Part shown: positions 20,175 to 30,680 of the stretch, in pieces | Position numbering within the stretch: the stretch's first letter is position 1 | Layout of the letters: each line of letters starts with the position of its first letter | Source: a virus | Length of the DNA stretch: 64,000 nucleotides | Direction: 5' to 3' (one strand) | IMG/VR virus record: IMGVR_UViG_3300033153_009093 | Span: 116,375 to 180,374 of that record | Notes under the pieces: generated by a model | The model's database searches: none | Seen by the model: only the letters and a program-made list of their open reading frames with translations | What the model was told of the DNA's origin: nothing | Made by a program: the position numbers and the translations under genes

Positions 20175-20930
20175 ATGAAAAATAAAACTTACATTAAAAC
20201 CCCAAAAAAAGAAAATACTACAACATCATTATCAAATTCTAAATTTGATGAATCTCTATCATTAAATAATATTTAGTTTGGTGGCAATTCGAAAGTATCA
20301 AATACTTCTGAAGAAATAGAAGAAACATCGAATACAGAAGAAACGGCAGATTCCCCGGAAAATTTTTTCTTTGATATGGGAAATGTTTCATTAAAAGATA
20401 ATTTCACTATATATTTTGACTCGCCAGTATATTCTAATTCTGTAAATATGGCAATGGATTTATTAAAACAGGTTAATAGAAATATTGCAATGACAGAATT
20501 AGAATATCCTGAATTGAAAGGTTTATTAAATGTAAAATTTATTATCAATTCAGGTGGCGGTGAAATTATTCAAGGTTTGAGATTATTCGATTCTATAAGA
20601 AATAATGCGTTTCCTGTAAATACTATTGCATCTGGAATGGCCGCAAGTATGGGAATAATTTTATTAGTAGCAGGACATAAAGTTCAAGCGGTAGAAAATA
20701 GCGTATTAATGATTCATCAGTTATCTGCTGGAATGGGTGGAAAATTTTTTGAATTAAGAGATCATATGAAATTTTATACAGAATTGCAGAATAAATTGTC
20801 TGCAATTTTAATAGAAAATTCAAAAGCGAAAAAAGAAGACGTACTTAATTTTATGAAAGGTGAATCGTTTATATTAACTAAAGACGCTTTAAAATTAGGT
20901 ATCATAGACGAAATAGTAAAATCTATATAA
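20175..20930 (+). CDS. clpP: ClpP-like serine protease with an acidic N-terminal extension revealed by TAG readthrough
   Basis: INSGGGE..GL.LFD, GMAASMG, MIHQ, ALKLGIIDEI. ATG 20175 is in frame with track ORF 20376 through one TAG at 20274-20276. Confidence 0.8.
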
Positions 20931-20941
20931 TCGGAGTTATA

Positions 20942-21322
20942 ATGAAAAAAAATGTAAGTGCATCATCATTACTGAAAAATATAATTGGCGATAATGATTT
21001 TAAAAAGTATATTGACGAACATTCAATTGATTTAAATCAATTAGTTGAATTATTATCAATTGATTTAAATTATATTTATAGAAATATAATTGATTCTTTT
21101 GATATAGATATGGAGTATAATAAATCAAAAGAATTGAGCATTTCTATAAATTTTATTCAAAGTTCATCTATACTAAATGATGACCTTTTTGATAAAGCCA
21201 TATATTATTATGATAAATATGAACAATACTTAATTGATAATGAGTTATATGATATATCAGTAGATTTTAATGTTACTACTGAAAATGAAAACGTTAAAAT
21301 AATAACAGTATATTCTACTTAA
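20942..21322 (+). CDS. Hypothetical acidic protein
   Basis: 126-aa ORF with GGAG RBS. Confidence 0.65.
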   Translation: MKKNVSASSLLKNIIGDNDFKKYIDEHSIDLNQLVELLSIDLNYIYRNIIDSFDIDMEYNKSKELSISINFIQSSSILNDDLFDKAIYYYDKYEQYLIDNELYDISVDFNVTTENENVKIITVYST

Positions 21323-21336
21323 TTATCGGTGATGTA

Positions 21337-21840
21337 ATGGCTAAAAGAACAAATAATTATAAAAGAACATCAGAAAGAAGAGATTATAAAAAATCTAAAA
21401 ATGTATAGAAAACTCTAGATTTTTTACAAACTAATGGCAGATTGCCACTTAAAAGTAATTTATCACATTCAGAAGTAAATAGTAGATGTTTATTCTATTA
21501 TAATAGAATTCAAGAAATAAACATTTTTTTTATTGAAAATAAATATGATAAAACTTTATTGAAAAAAAGGAAATCAGAGTATCAGGATTATATAATAAAT
21601 TTGGTTAGTATTGTTATTAGTTCTGTTATAAAACGATTTAAAACTTTATATCCAGCTTATTACGATGATGTATTTACAGACTGCGTTGTAGATATTCTTA
21701 TTAAAATAGAAAAAAATAAATATGATAATAAGAAGTCATCATAGCATAGTTATTGTTATGAGACTTCTTATTAGGCATGTATAAAATATATACATGCTAA
21801 AGCTCAATATGAAAATAATACTGTACAGTTAATTCAATAA
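21337..21840 (+). CDS. Sigma-factor-like protein (region 2-like), probable late transcription factor; 3 in-frame TAG
   Basis: DDVFTDCVVDILIKIEKNKYDNKKSS*HSYCYETSY*ACIKYI resembles sigma region 2.2-2.4. TAG at 21406, 21742, 21772. Confidence 0.6.
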
Positions 21841-21845
21841 TTATA

Positions 21846-22538
21846 ATGAAAAAATTTATAACTTCATATAGTAATAAAAAAATAAAACCATAGAAGGATG
21901 ATATTTGTAATTTAAAAGAGAATGGACTACTTCTTCCTTATTACAATAAAAGATATAAAAACTTTATGTATAATATTGATAATACTTTAATACATAAAGT
22001 TTTTTATTATAATAAAGATAGGAAAATTTCTGGTTTTTATTTTGATAAATATAAAAAAATATCATTTGATATGTTAGACAATTTACCATTTGATACTGAT
22101 CATTTTATTACCTATGAAATTATAGGATATTCCATTTTTGTAATTAGTAATAATAAAACTATTTATTCATTTAATAAGTATAAAAAATGTGACAATGAAT
22201 TAAATAATTATATTGATAATAATTATAAATTAAAATATTTAATAAATAAATATGATAAATATATTTTTGAATTTAAATTATTCGACAATGAATTATTTTT
22301 AATAAGTATTTTTAATAATATTGAAATTAAGAATTATACATTTATTAAAAATGTTTCAAATATGTATGATATAAAAATTCCGAAGTTGGTTAATTCTAAT
22401 TTATATAAATTCGGAAATGGTATGATGGATGTATTTTATAATGATTACTATTGGAATAATTCAATTTTTTTAAAGAATAGAAACTATTATTTAACTTTTA
22501 TGTTTCAAAATAATAAATATCTATTATATAAGTTATAA
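21846..22538 (+). CDS. Hypothetical protein with weak RNA-ligase-1-like fold but no KxDG lysine; 1 in-frame TAG
   Basis: ATG 21846 joins track ORF 21966 through TAG 21891; HKVFYYN..ITYEIIGYSIFV..FEF. Confidence 0.5.
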
Positions 22539-22571
22539 TTTCATGTAACTTATATAATAGATATTATACTA

Positions 22572-23300
22572 TTAAGATACCGCTTCTATACCATATTTGG
22601 TAGCCGTGACTCGTTTCATAGGTACATCGCCTTGTCTGAAATTTATTTCAACTTCTACAGTTGAAACATCAGGGTTAAATGGATCGGTGACATCAAAATA
22701 AGTATCAATGTCAACAAGATAAGCATTTCTTGTAGTTCCATCTGGATAATTTACTTTTTTACGGTATGTGATAGTTCTTGAACCAAAATCATCCGTTGGC
22801 TGATCTACAGATTTAGAAGTTACAATCTAATTACCTTCTGCCGGTATAGCTATTTCATTAGATATAGTATATAGACCATCAGCAGTAGTTACAGCCAATA
22901 AATTAGCAGGGGTAGGGGTAACATCCAAATCTTTCCAAGTGGCGTTTATTTCCACCGTACAGCTTTTAATTTTAAGGGGTGTACATGCTAAGGTAGTGAC
23001 TGCTGTACCATCGATAGCCAAGCCAGCTAAAAATGATGCATCTTGACCTTTAGCTAATTCGGTCGGTTTATATTTTGGCATAGCTTCTTCTGTTAATTTA
23101 ACAGAAACGTTTTCATAACATAAGTTAGGATCGGATAATACACCTATAGAACAAATAGAAAATTCATCTTCAAAAGAATAAGATTTTTCTATATTTTTTA
23201 TAAACATATGAACGGTATCACCACAATCTAATTCACCTTCAGAAATTCTGAAGTCTGTTTTAGTTTTATAACCGGAGGTTGTCCCGAAACGTATTGACAT
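22572..23300 (-). CDS. Probable virion structural/decoration protein (242 aa with readthrough); 1 in-frame TAG
   Basis: Track ORF ends at TAG 22827-22829, but the frame continues for 84 sense codons to TAA 22572. T/A/G/D-rich beta-type composition, higher GC than neighbours. Confidence 0.7.
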
Positions 23301-23446
23301 AATTTTTACCTTTATTAAAAATATAATATAATTATTTTCATTTATGAAATTAATTTAAATTTTTATAATTATAGAATAAAAATAATAAATGTCACATTTT
23401 CATTAAAAACTGTAATTAATATATATAATTAAATAGGATAAGATAT

Positions 23447-24049
23447 ATGAACAATGGATATATTGTACAAGGTGTAGGTGAATCTACAGGGTGTAGAATG
23501 ATGACAGAAATTTTAATTCAGTCAGGATGTATTGGTAAATTTGGACATGAACAGGAATTTCAAAAATATATTCATAATAAGAAACAATTTATAACATGGT
23601 TAAAAAGTAAACAATATAATAATTTTGTTGTAAGATTTAGTTTTCCACACGGACAATATTTACCAGATTTACATGATTGGTATTTAAAATTAAAAACAGT
23701 ATATGATAATGTATATATAATACTTACGACACGTTCTTGGATATGTCAAGAAATTGGGACAATAGGCGGAAACCATTTAAAAAATAATCCTAATATACTA
23801 ATACCTACGTTAAATGATAGAATTACAAAGAGTTATAAAAAGATATTTTCAGATTTAGATAAAATAGAAAATGGCAATTATACTAAATTTACCGTTATGA
23901 ATATGGGCGATTTGATCAAATATCCAAAAGAGCATATAGAATATTTATTTAATAGATTAAATTTAACTATTCCATTAGATTTTAATTATAATTTTATCAG
24001 AAAAGACTCAGATGAAAAAAGAATATTACAATATATAAAACAAAGATAA
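23447..24049 (+). CDS. Sulfotransferase-family P-loop protein
   Basis: QGVGESTGCRMM (PAPS-binding-loop-like), ILTTRSW, MGDLIKYPKEHIEYLFNRL (YEDL...P...L...FL-like). Confidence 0.6.
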   Translation: MNNGYIVQGVGESTGCRMMTEILIQSGCIGKFGHEQEFQKYIHNKKQFITWLKSKQYNNFVVRFSFPHGQYLPDLHDWYLKLKTVYDNVYIILTTRSWICQEIGTIGGNHLKNNPNILIPTLNDRITKSYKKIFSDLDKIENGNYTKFTVMNMGDLIKYPKEHIEYLFNRLNLTIPLDFNYNFIRKDSDEKRILQYIKQR

Positions 24050-24050
24050 A

Positions 24051-24251
24051 ATGAATAAATGTAAAAATTGCGGTAATGAATTAAGTAAAGGTATATACAA
24101 AAATAATTTAATTAATTTTTGTAAAGCATGCGGATATGGATTGAATAATGAAAATGATAATATAATAAATCTTACAAATTGTAATTTTTGCAATTTGTGG
24201 TTTTTTAAAAAAACAGAAACATTGTGTAAATGTAGACAATTAACTGAGTGA
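24051..24251 (+). CDS. Small Zn-finger protein
   Basis: CKNC..CKAC..CNFC..CKC. Confidence 0.6.
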   Translation: MNKCKNCGNELSKGIYKNNLINFCKACGYGLNNENDNIINLTNCNFCNLWFFKKTETLCKCRQLTE

Positions 24252-24257
24252 TTAAAT

Positions 24258-24494
24258 ATGAATAATAGTATAATTTAGTTTAAAAAAGAAAATAATATTT
24301 GTAAAGTTATAAAATATGAATCGGAATTAAATTTAGATCACATTGTCAAATTAAATGATATTGTTTTTGAAAAATATTCTATATTATCAAAAATGGTACA
24401 AAAAAATAAAGTATATAAGTAGATAGGTATTTTAGAAAAAAAAAGAGTAAGAATATATGCAATAAAAACAAAATCGATAATTGGTATTTCATGA
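24258..24494 (+). CDS. Hypothetical protein (78 aa); 2 in-frame TAG
   Basis: ATG 24258 to TGA 24494, TAG at 24276 and 24420; fills an otherwise empty gap. Confidence 0.65.
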
Positions 24495-24506
24495 TGGTAT
24501 ATATTA

Positions 24507-25145
24507 ATGAGCAATGATAATATAACGATAATATTTGATAAAAAATTTTTATTTTATACAGATAAAATGTTTGGGGATTTAGATTTTTTTAATGATAAAT
24601 TTTAGATGATATTTAAGTCTTTTTCTTTCATTAAAACAAATATAAATAGAAACTTTAAGTATAGTGATAAAATGGGAGTAATGTCACTGGCAAATAAAGT
24701 ATTTAAAGAAGTATCAAGAGATTTAAAATTATTTAATAATTATATATATAATCCAGAAGATAATATACAGGTTAGTATATCGTATTTTAAATCTCTTTAT
24801 GATGCTTTTAATATATATGATATTGATTTCGTTAATAGAATTAAATTAATGATATTGGCATATGAATAGAATATTATTTCGGTAAATTCATTATTGAAAT
24901 CTAATACTTATAAACATTATTTAAATAAAGAACATGATATACTTGAAATAATAAAAAATAATACTACTGATAAAAATTTATTAGAACATATTCGGACAAT
25001 AAATGAAGTAATGAAAATATATAAAGAATTGTCCGAATATAACTTAAAAGATGATATAGATAATTCGAGAACCATTTACCGAAATAATATTATTTCTATG
25101 GTAAAAGATTATAATGATAAATATCAAGAAGATATTATATTATAG
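24507..25145 (+). CDS. Lytic transglycosylase (SLT)-like protein, divergent; 2 in-frame TAG
   Basis: TAG 24603 and 24867 join two track ORFs. GVMSL..YNPEDNIQVSISYFKSLYDAF..LMILAYE* resembles GLMQL..DP..NI..G..YL..L..F..ALAAYN.G. Confidence 0.55.
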
Positions 25146-25170
25146 AATATTGATAAATAAAAGGAAAATC

Positions 25171-25479
25171 ATGAGCGAAAGTTTTGAAAATGTAATTGAT
25201 AAATATCTTGGATATAGAGTAAAAGATCGTGTAACAGGTATAGAAGGGGTTGTAACTTCTGTTTGTTTTGATTTATATGGTTGCATCCAATGTATACTAC
25301 ATCCGGGATTAAACGAAAGCGGAGAAATCAGAGATACTAATTGGTTTGATCTTAATAGAATGATTATAATATCCGATGACCCTGTAATGGAGTCGCCTCA
25401 CCATTCATTAAAAAGAGATGCTAAAAAAAATCGCATATACGACAAAGGGCCGACTAATAAACCAATGCAAAAAATCTAA
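25171..25479 (+). CDS. Conserved phage hypothetical protein
   Basis: AAGGA RBS before ATG 25171; LG.RVKDRVTG.EGVVT..FDLYGC.Q. Confidence 0.7.
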   Translation: MSESFENVIDKYLGYRVKDRVTGIEGVVTSVCFDLYGCIQCILHPGLNESGEIRDTNWFDLNRMIIISDDPVMESPHHSLKRDAKKNRIYDKGPTNKPMQKI

Positions 25480-25490
25480 TTAAAATAATT

Positions 25491-26477
25491 ATGAATTTAC
25501 CTATATCATATTCCAAATTCAATACATTTTGCTTTTGTCCATTGAAATATTGTCATCAATATGTAATAAAAACTCCATCAGAGTTTAAAATACAATATCC
25601 TTTAGTATTAGGCCAATTGACTCATTTATTTATACAATTATTCAATGATGAAAAATTTGATAAAGGAGATATTTTAAATTTAAAAAACGATTTAGATCAA
25701 TTATACGATTTAATAGATTTAAAATATCCCGCTTTTTACAATGATCAATATAAAATAAAACAAATTGATATATCGAAAAATGTAAGTAATTTAATAAATT
25801 TCATAAATGAAAGCCCGGCAGTATTTTTTCATGCGGTGAAATTATTTAATGTATATAATTCTACATTTTTTCCGAAAATAAATATGTCATCTGGTATATT
25901 ATCAGAAATGACATTTCATAATATTATACCAGTATCAGATGAATTTACGGTATGTTTATATGGAAGTATAGATATATTTTTCTATAATTTAATTGATGGG
26001 ATATTAAATTATATTTATATTAGTGATATAAAAAGTGGTAAGAGATTATATGATCATTACTTTGATCAATTATTTTTTTATTTATTTAATATACGTGATT
26101 ATAATATTGAACTAGGTAAAAAAATAATTGATAATACTGATAATATTAAAGTTATTAGTACTTTAAAAGATAAAATAACCGATGAAAATAGTAAGTTAGT
26201 ACTTTTTTCACTGCAAGAAAATTTACATGTTAAGAAAGATTTTAAAGTAATTAAAAATGAATATGAAGATTTTATAAGTAAGTTGTATAGAATATTACAA
26301 AATGATATTTATTTTTTACATAAAGATAAAGATTTTATAGTATTAAGTGAAATTTTTAATAAATATAAAGAAGAATATAATTTGAAGAGTATGACTGAAT
26401 GCCAAAAGAAAGATGTTAGTTATCTTTGTAACTTTTGTGATTTTATAGAAGTTTGTGAGTATAGAAAATTGAAATAA
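25491..26477 (+). CDS. PD-(D/E)xK nuclease (RecB/Cas4-like exonuclease)
   Basis: SYSKF..F..CPLKY, LYGSID..SDIKSG, C-terminal C..C.F..VC. Confidence 0.8.
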   Translation: MNLPISYSKFNTFCFCPLKYCHQYVIKTPSEFKIQYPLVLGQLTHLFIQLFNDEKFDKGDILNLKNDLDQLYDLIDLKYPAFYNDQYKIKQIDISKNVSNLINFINESPAVFFHAVKLFNVYNSTFFPKINMSSGILSEMTFHNIIPVSDEFTVCLYGSIDIFFYNLIDGILNYIYISDIKSGKRLYDHYFDQLFFYLFNIRDYNIELGKKIIDNTDNIKVISTLKDKITDENSKLVLFSLQENLHVKKDFKVIKNEYEDFISKLYRILQNDIYFLHKDKDFIVLSEIFNKYKEEYNLKSMTECQKKDVSYLCNFCDFIEVCEYRKLK

Positions 26478-26493
26478 TTGGAGATAGTTTTTA

Positions 26494-26712
26494 ATGGTTA
26501 ATATAACAGTTGAAAAAAAATCATATGAATCATTATATGGAATGATAAGTAGATTTAATAAAAAGGTAGAGGATGAAGGTATTTTAAAAGATTATAAATT
26601 ATCCCAAATGAGAAAACAAGATAGACTGACTTTTAAAAAATTTACTGCGGAAAGAAGAAGAGAAAAGCAACAAAAAAGAATTCAGTTAGCTATGAATTCA
26701 TCTCGATCATGA
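26494..26712 (+). CDS. rpsU: Ribosomal protein bS21 homolog
   Basis: ITVEKKSYESLYGMISRFNKKVEDEGILKDY plus basic C-terminal tail; 72 aa. Confidence 0.7.
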   Translation: MVNITVEKKSYESLYGMISRFNKKVEDEGILKDYKLSQMRKQDRLTFKKFTAERRREKQQKRIQLAMNSSRS

Positions 26713-27620
26713 AAACTACATACAAAATATCAAAGAATTTTTTAAAAAATAAAGATTATAAAATTTGTATATTTGATGTTAATTCTTTATTTTTATTTAA
26801 TGGCAAAAATAGTATAAGGTTAATGTACGATTTTATAGCTAATTTAAGAAAAACATTCCCTGACTTATTAATAATAAACGTAATAGATAATGGTATTAGT
26901 AATATTTTATTAAATAAATATCCATATTATAAAGCGAACAGAAATCATTCAATAAAAAGTAATAATATTATTATTAATAAATTTGGAACAATAAATAGTT
27001 TTAAGGCAAAAATCGGCAGAATACATAAGTTAGATGAATCATTCAATAAAAATTTAACGTTTTATTATCCAGGTGAAAGTGATTTTAAAATAGGATAGAT
27101 TTTAAAATATATAAATAAATATACATCGTTATCTAGCGATAATATATTGACGGTTTCATTAGATAAAGATTTTTTATTAACAACGATATTAAGTGATTTT
27201 TTATTAAAAAGAAGAATAAATAAGAAGACACATTATTGTTTGATAGACAGTAATGTTAATATTGAACAAGTGAAAAGTGTTTTTGGAATAGAAAAATTGA
27301 ATATTAAAAATCCATATGATTATTTTTATTTCTTAATATTAAATGGCGATAGAATAGATAATATAAAAAAATTATTTACAAAAGGTCAATCGATAAAAAT
27401 TTTGAATAATATATTAGATGATTTTGACGATATTAATTTAAACTTATTATTAAAATATTCAAAAAAAATATCAAATGAGATTGATACGAAATCTATTTAT
27501 GACAATGGTTATTTAGTCGATTTATTTAATGATGATATTTTTACAATAACGGAAAAAAATATAATGAAATGGATTATGAATTATTTTTTTCAAAACAATA
27601 ATATAAATATTTTATTATGA
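26709..27620 (+). CDS. 5'-3' exonuclease / RNase H (FEN1-like), paralog 2; 1 in-frame TAG
   Basis: IFDVN, VIDNG, YKANR, ESDF..G*..SLDKDF, LNGDRIDNI; TAG 27096-27098 joins two track ORFs in frame. Confidence 0.85.
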
Positions 27621-28060
27621 GAACATTAAAATATATAAATTTAACTGATACAGATATAGATTCTACATTAGAATCTTTTAATGCAATTTATCAATCGATA
27701 GATGATGATAAATTTATTGATTATATTAATAATTATTATAAAAATGATCAAAAAATTTATCCTTATAACATTGAGGAATTGCAACATTTTTGTAATAGTA
27801 TTATAAAATTTATTACTTTAAAAAGAAATAAATTAAGAATTAAAACAAATTTGAAACTTAATAAAGTTGATTTATTTTCTAATATTTTTGAAGATGGATA
27901 CACAATTTCTATTAATGTATATTTTTGGATAAATATATTATTTGAATATAATTTTTCAAAGTATGAAATATATGATAATATTGATGACATGGAAGACGCA
28001 TATAGAGGAATGTACACTGATTATTTGATGGAACATGACAGAAATAAAGCAAATAGTTGA
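27617..28060 (+). CDS. Hypothetical protein
   Basis: 147-aa ORF overlapping the upstream stop (ATGA). Confidence 0.65.
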   Translation: MRTLKYINLTDTDIDSTLESFNAIYQSIDDDKFIDYINNYYKNDQKIYPYNIEELQHFCNSIIKFITLKRNKLRIKTNLKLNKVDLFSNIFEDGYTISINVYFWINILFEYNFSKYEIYDNIDDMEDAYRGMYTDYLMEHDRNKANS

Positions 28061-28090
28061 TTAATTAATAAACTTCGTGGTTAATTTTAT

Positions 28091-29863
28091 ATGAAATTAA
28101 AAAGTAATAATATTAAATTAAATTTAGCAAATAGAAATAGTATAAAAAAAAATACATCAACTCCTAGTAAAAATTAGGATAGTATTACTGATAATCCTGC
28201 CATTAGAGATAAAATATTATCAAATACTAAATATGATATTCTTAATGAATCAGGATCAGAAATTAATAACGCTGCAATGAAAGCGTTTACTGATATGGGA
28301 ATAGCTGTCAGTGATGTAAATGTAAATGATCCGTTATCTCATAAAAATGTTATTAAGAGAGTTAATTTATATTTAAAAAGATTTCCGGAAGTCGAATATA
28401 TTGTAGATATGATAGCATCATCCGTGATATATTCATCATCCAGTAATACTAAAAAAATACAATGTACGTTAAGAGGAGATTATAAAACGTTAAATGGTTC
28501 GGACAGCACAATATCAGACAGTACAGAAAATGTCGATATCAGTGTCGATATCAATGATATAAAAGTTAAAAAAATAGATTCATAGTATGATGATTTAAAT
28601 TTACAAATTGGTAATTTATTTAAAAAGAATAATATTAAATTAGCTCTATATGATTTTATAAAGTCTATAGTAAATTATGGATGTAGTATATTTTATATCA
28701 ATGATACTGCAAAATACGAAGATGTTTCATTTTATAGTTTGGATGAATTAGATTTTTCATTTGAAAAAGATGAGGTTCATACTAATGCACTTTTGAATGA
28801 ATTGAAAAGAGAAGATAGTAAAATATTTGAAATATCAGAATTAAATAATGAAATTAAAAAGTTTAATTCAAATATAGTAACTGCAAAATTAAAAGAAGAC
28901 GATACAGAGTTGGATATATCAAAAATGTATTTTATTTCCGAAAAAGGTATTTTTGGAAAATCTAAGGTAATGAAAATAATTCATTATTTAAAGACTGTTG
29001 AGTTATTGGAGCTATCTTTACTTATTGAAAGATTATCAAAAACGAAAACTACACATGTATAGAAACTGGATTTAGATAAAGTTGAAGAAGAAGATTTATC
29101 TTCAACATTATTATTATATAGAAATTTATTAAAATCAAAGGTAGCACTGAATTACGATGAAGAAAATGATAATATGCAATTTGATTTTGTAAAAAATCTA
29201 GTTGATAATAATATTTTGGTACCTACAGAAAATGATAACTTAACAATTGATACATTAAAATCTGATTTTAAGCCATTATTAGATGATGTAAGTTATTATT
29301 AGGATAAAATATATTTATCAATGGGACTACCTTCGTATTACAGAAACTCCGATTCAAAGACGTATACAAACAATAATATGTTAATAATGCATGATAATGT
29401 ATATTCTATGAAAATTAGACATTATCAACTTATAATAAATAATTTATTAACATTTTAGATTGAGAATTGGTTAAAAGTTAATTTTTCAAAAATATCAGTT
29501 AAATACTTAAATATAAATATACCAGAATTTATTCCTTTAAGTGAGCGGAAAGAAACAGATATCGATAAATCTGGAAAATTTATCAATATGTTTTCGCAAT
29601 TAGAAAGTACTTTAGGTGTAAAATTAAAAAGAGAATTTGTATTAAATAAATTATTTCCTAATGATATTATATCCGATATGGTAGAAGTGGAAGAAATGGA
29701 TATTAAAAATGATATAGATTCTAATGAAAATAAAAAAGATGAAATAATGTCAATGTTTGAAGAAGGTGAAAACAAAAAAGAAAGCCTAAAGTTTTTTAGT
29801 ATCACTAAACAAGATAATATAGATATTATTAGGTATGATTTAAATTTAAGTATAAATTGGTGA
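28091..29863 (+). CDS. Portal vertex protein (T4 gp20-like), 590 aa; 5 in-frame TAG
   Basis: TAG at 28175, 28583, 29060, 29300, 29456 join three track ORFs. LELSLLIERLSK..HV*KLD and LDDVSYY*DKIYLSMGLP align with gp20 [18 protein letters not shown] and EDIRWFRQALYMALRVP (recalled). Confidence 0.8.
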
Positions 29864-30339
29864 AAATGATGGATTTAAAAAAATATAAAAACTGTTATGT
29901 TAAGTTGATAAATATCAATAATATGGCGGAAATTTATGGTACATTGGTCGATTTTGATTCTAAGGGAAATATTTGTTTATCAAGGTCAATAATTTCAGTA
30001 AATAAATTAATTGCTGATCCCGCATCAACAGTTAATAAAATTATTAAATATAATTATGCAGAACGTGAAGGAAGTACTATATCAAGTATTTTAGGGCCGA
30101 TGTATAATAACGTTAACAATGATACAATAGTTTGGCTGAATATTAATAATTTTGCATTTATTCCTATCCACGATAATGCTTCAGTTTTAATTGAGGATGC
30201 GGAAAATTCGAAAAAGTTAATTTCAGAATGGATAGATAATGTATACAGTAATTACAATGAAATGTATGAATTATTAAATAATTCAGAAGATGAAAACTCA
30301 GAATCTTTAAATGATACAGAAAAGGAAAAAGAAAAATGA
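29857..30339 (+). CDS. Hypothetical protein (Sm-like fold possible)
   Basis: YVKL..EIYGTLV..ICLSR; acidic tail. Confidence 0.6.
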   Translation: MVKMMDLKKYKNCYVKLININNMAEIYGTLVDFDSKGNICLSRSIISVNKLIADPASTVNKIIKYNYAEREGSTISSILGPMYNNVNNDTIVWLNINNFAFIPIHDNASVLIEDAENSKKLISEWIDNVYSNYNEMYELLNNSEDENSESLNDTEKEKEK

Positions 30340-30680
30340 TAAGAGAATTAACAACTAGATACGGGTTAACGTATATTGGCGCATATGAAAAATCAGATGA
30401 TAAATATCATTATTATAAAGATGTTATGATGGTTTCTATGAAACCTGTAAAAGTTAATGATGAAAAATATAACATGGTACCTGCGGTAGATGTTATAAAT
30501 ATATTTTCAAATGATAGCGACTTTAAGTTTAAAGTCGGAGATGTAATTTATCAAGGGGAAGTTGAATATGAAAATTTTATCAAATTATATCTTGATACTC
30601 TTCAAATGTATCAAAGTGCGAAAATTAAACATGGTACATTTAAAGAAGATGATACAAATATAAGCATTCAAAAAAAGTAA
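30336..30680 (+). CDS. Hypothetical protein (Sm-like, T4-type)
   Basis: RELTTRYGLTYIG..YKDVMMV. Confidence 0.6.
   Translation: MIRELTTRYGLTYIGAYEKSDDKYHYYKDVMMVSMKPVKVNDEKYNMVPAVDVINIFSNDSDFKFKVGDVIYQGEVEYENFIKLYLDTLQMYQSAKIKHGTFKEDDTNISIQKK

Noticed and set aside
25491-26477. Cas4-like nuclease suggesting a CRISPR system
   Set aside because: No repeat-spacer array or other cas genes seen; stand-alone PD-(D/E)xK exonucleases are common in phages
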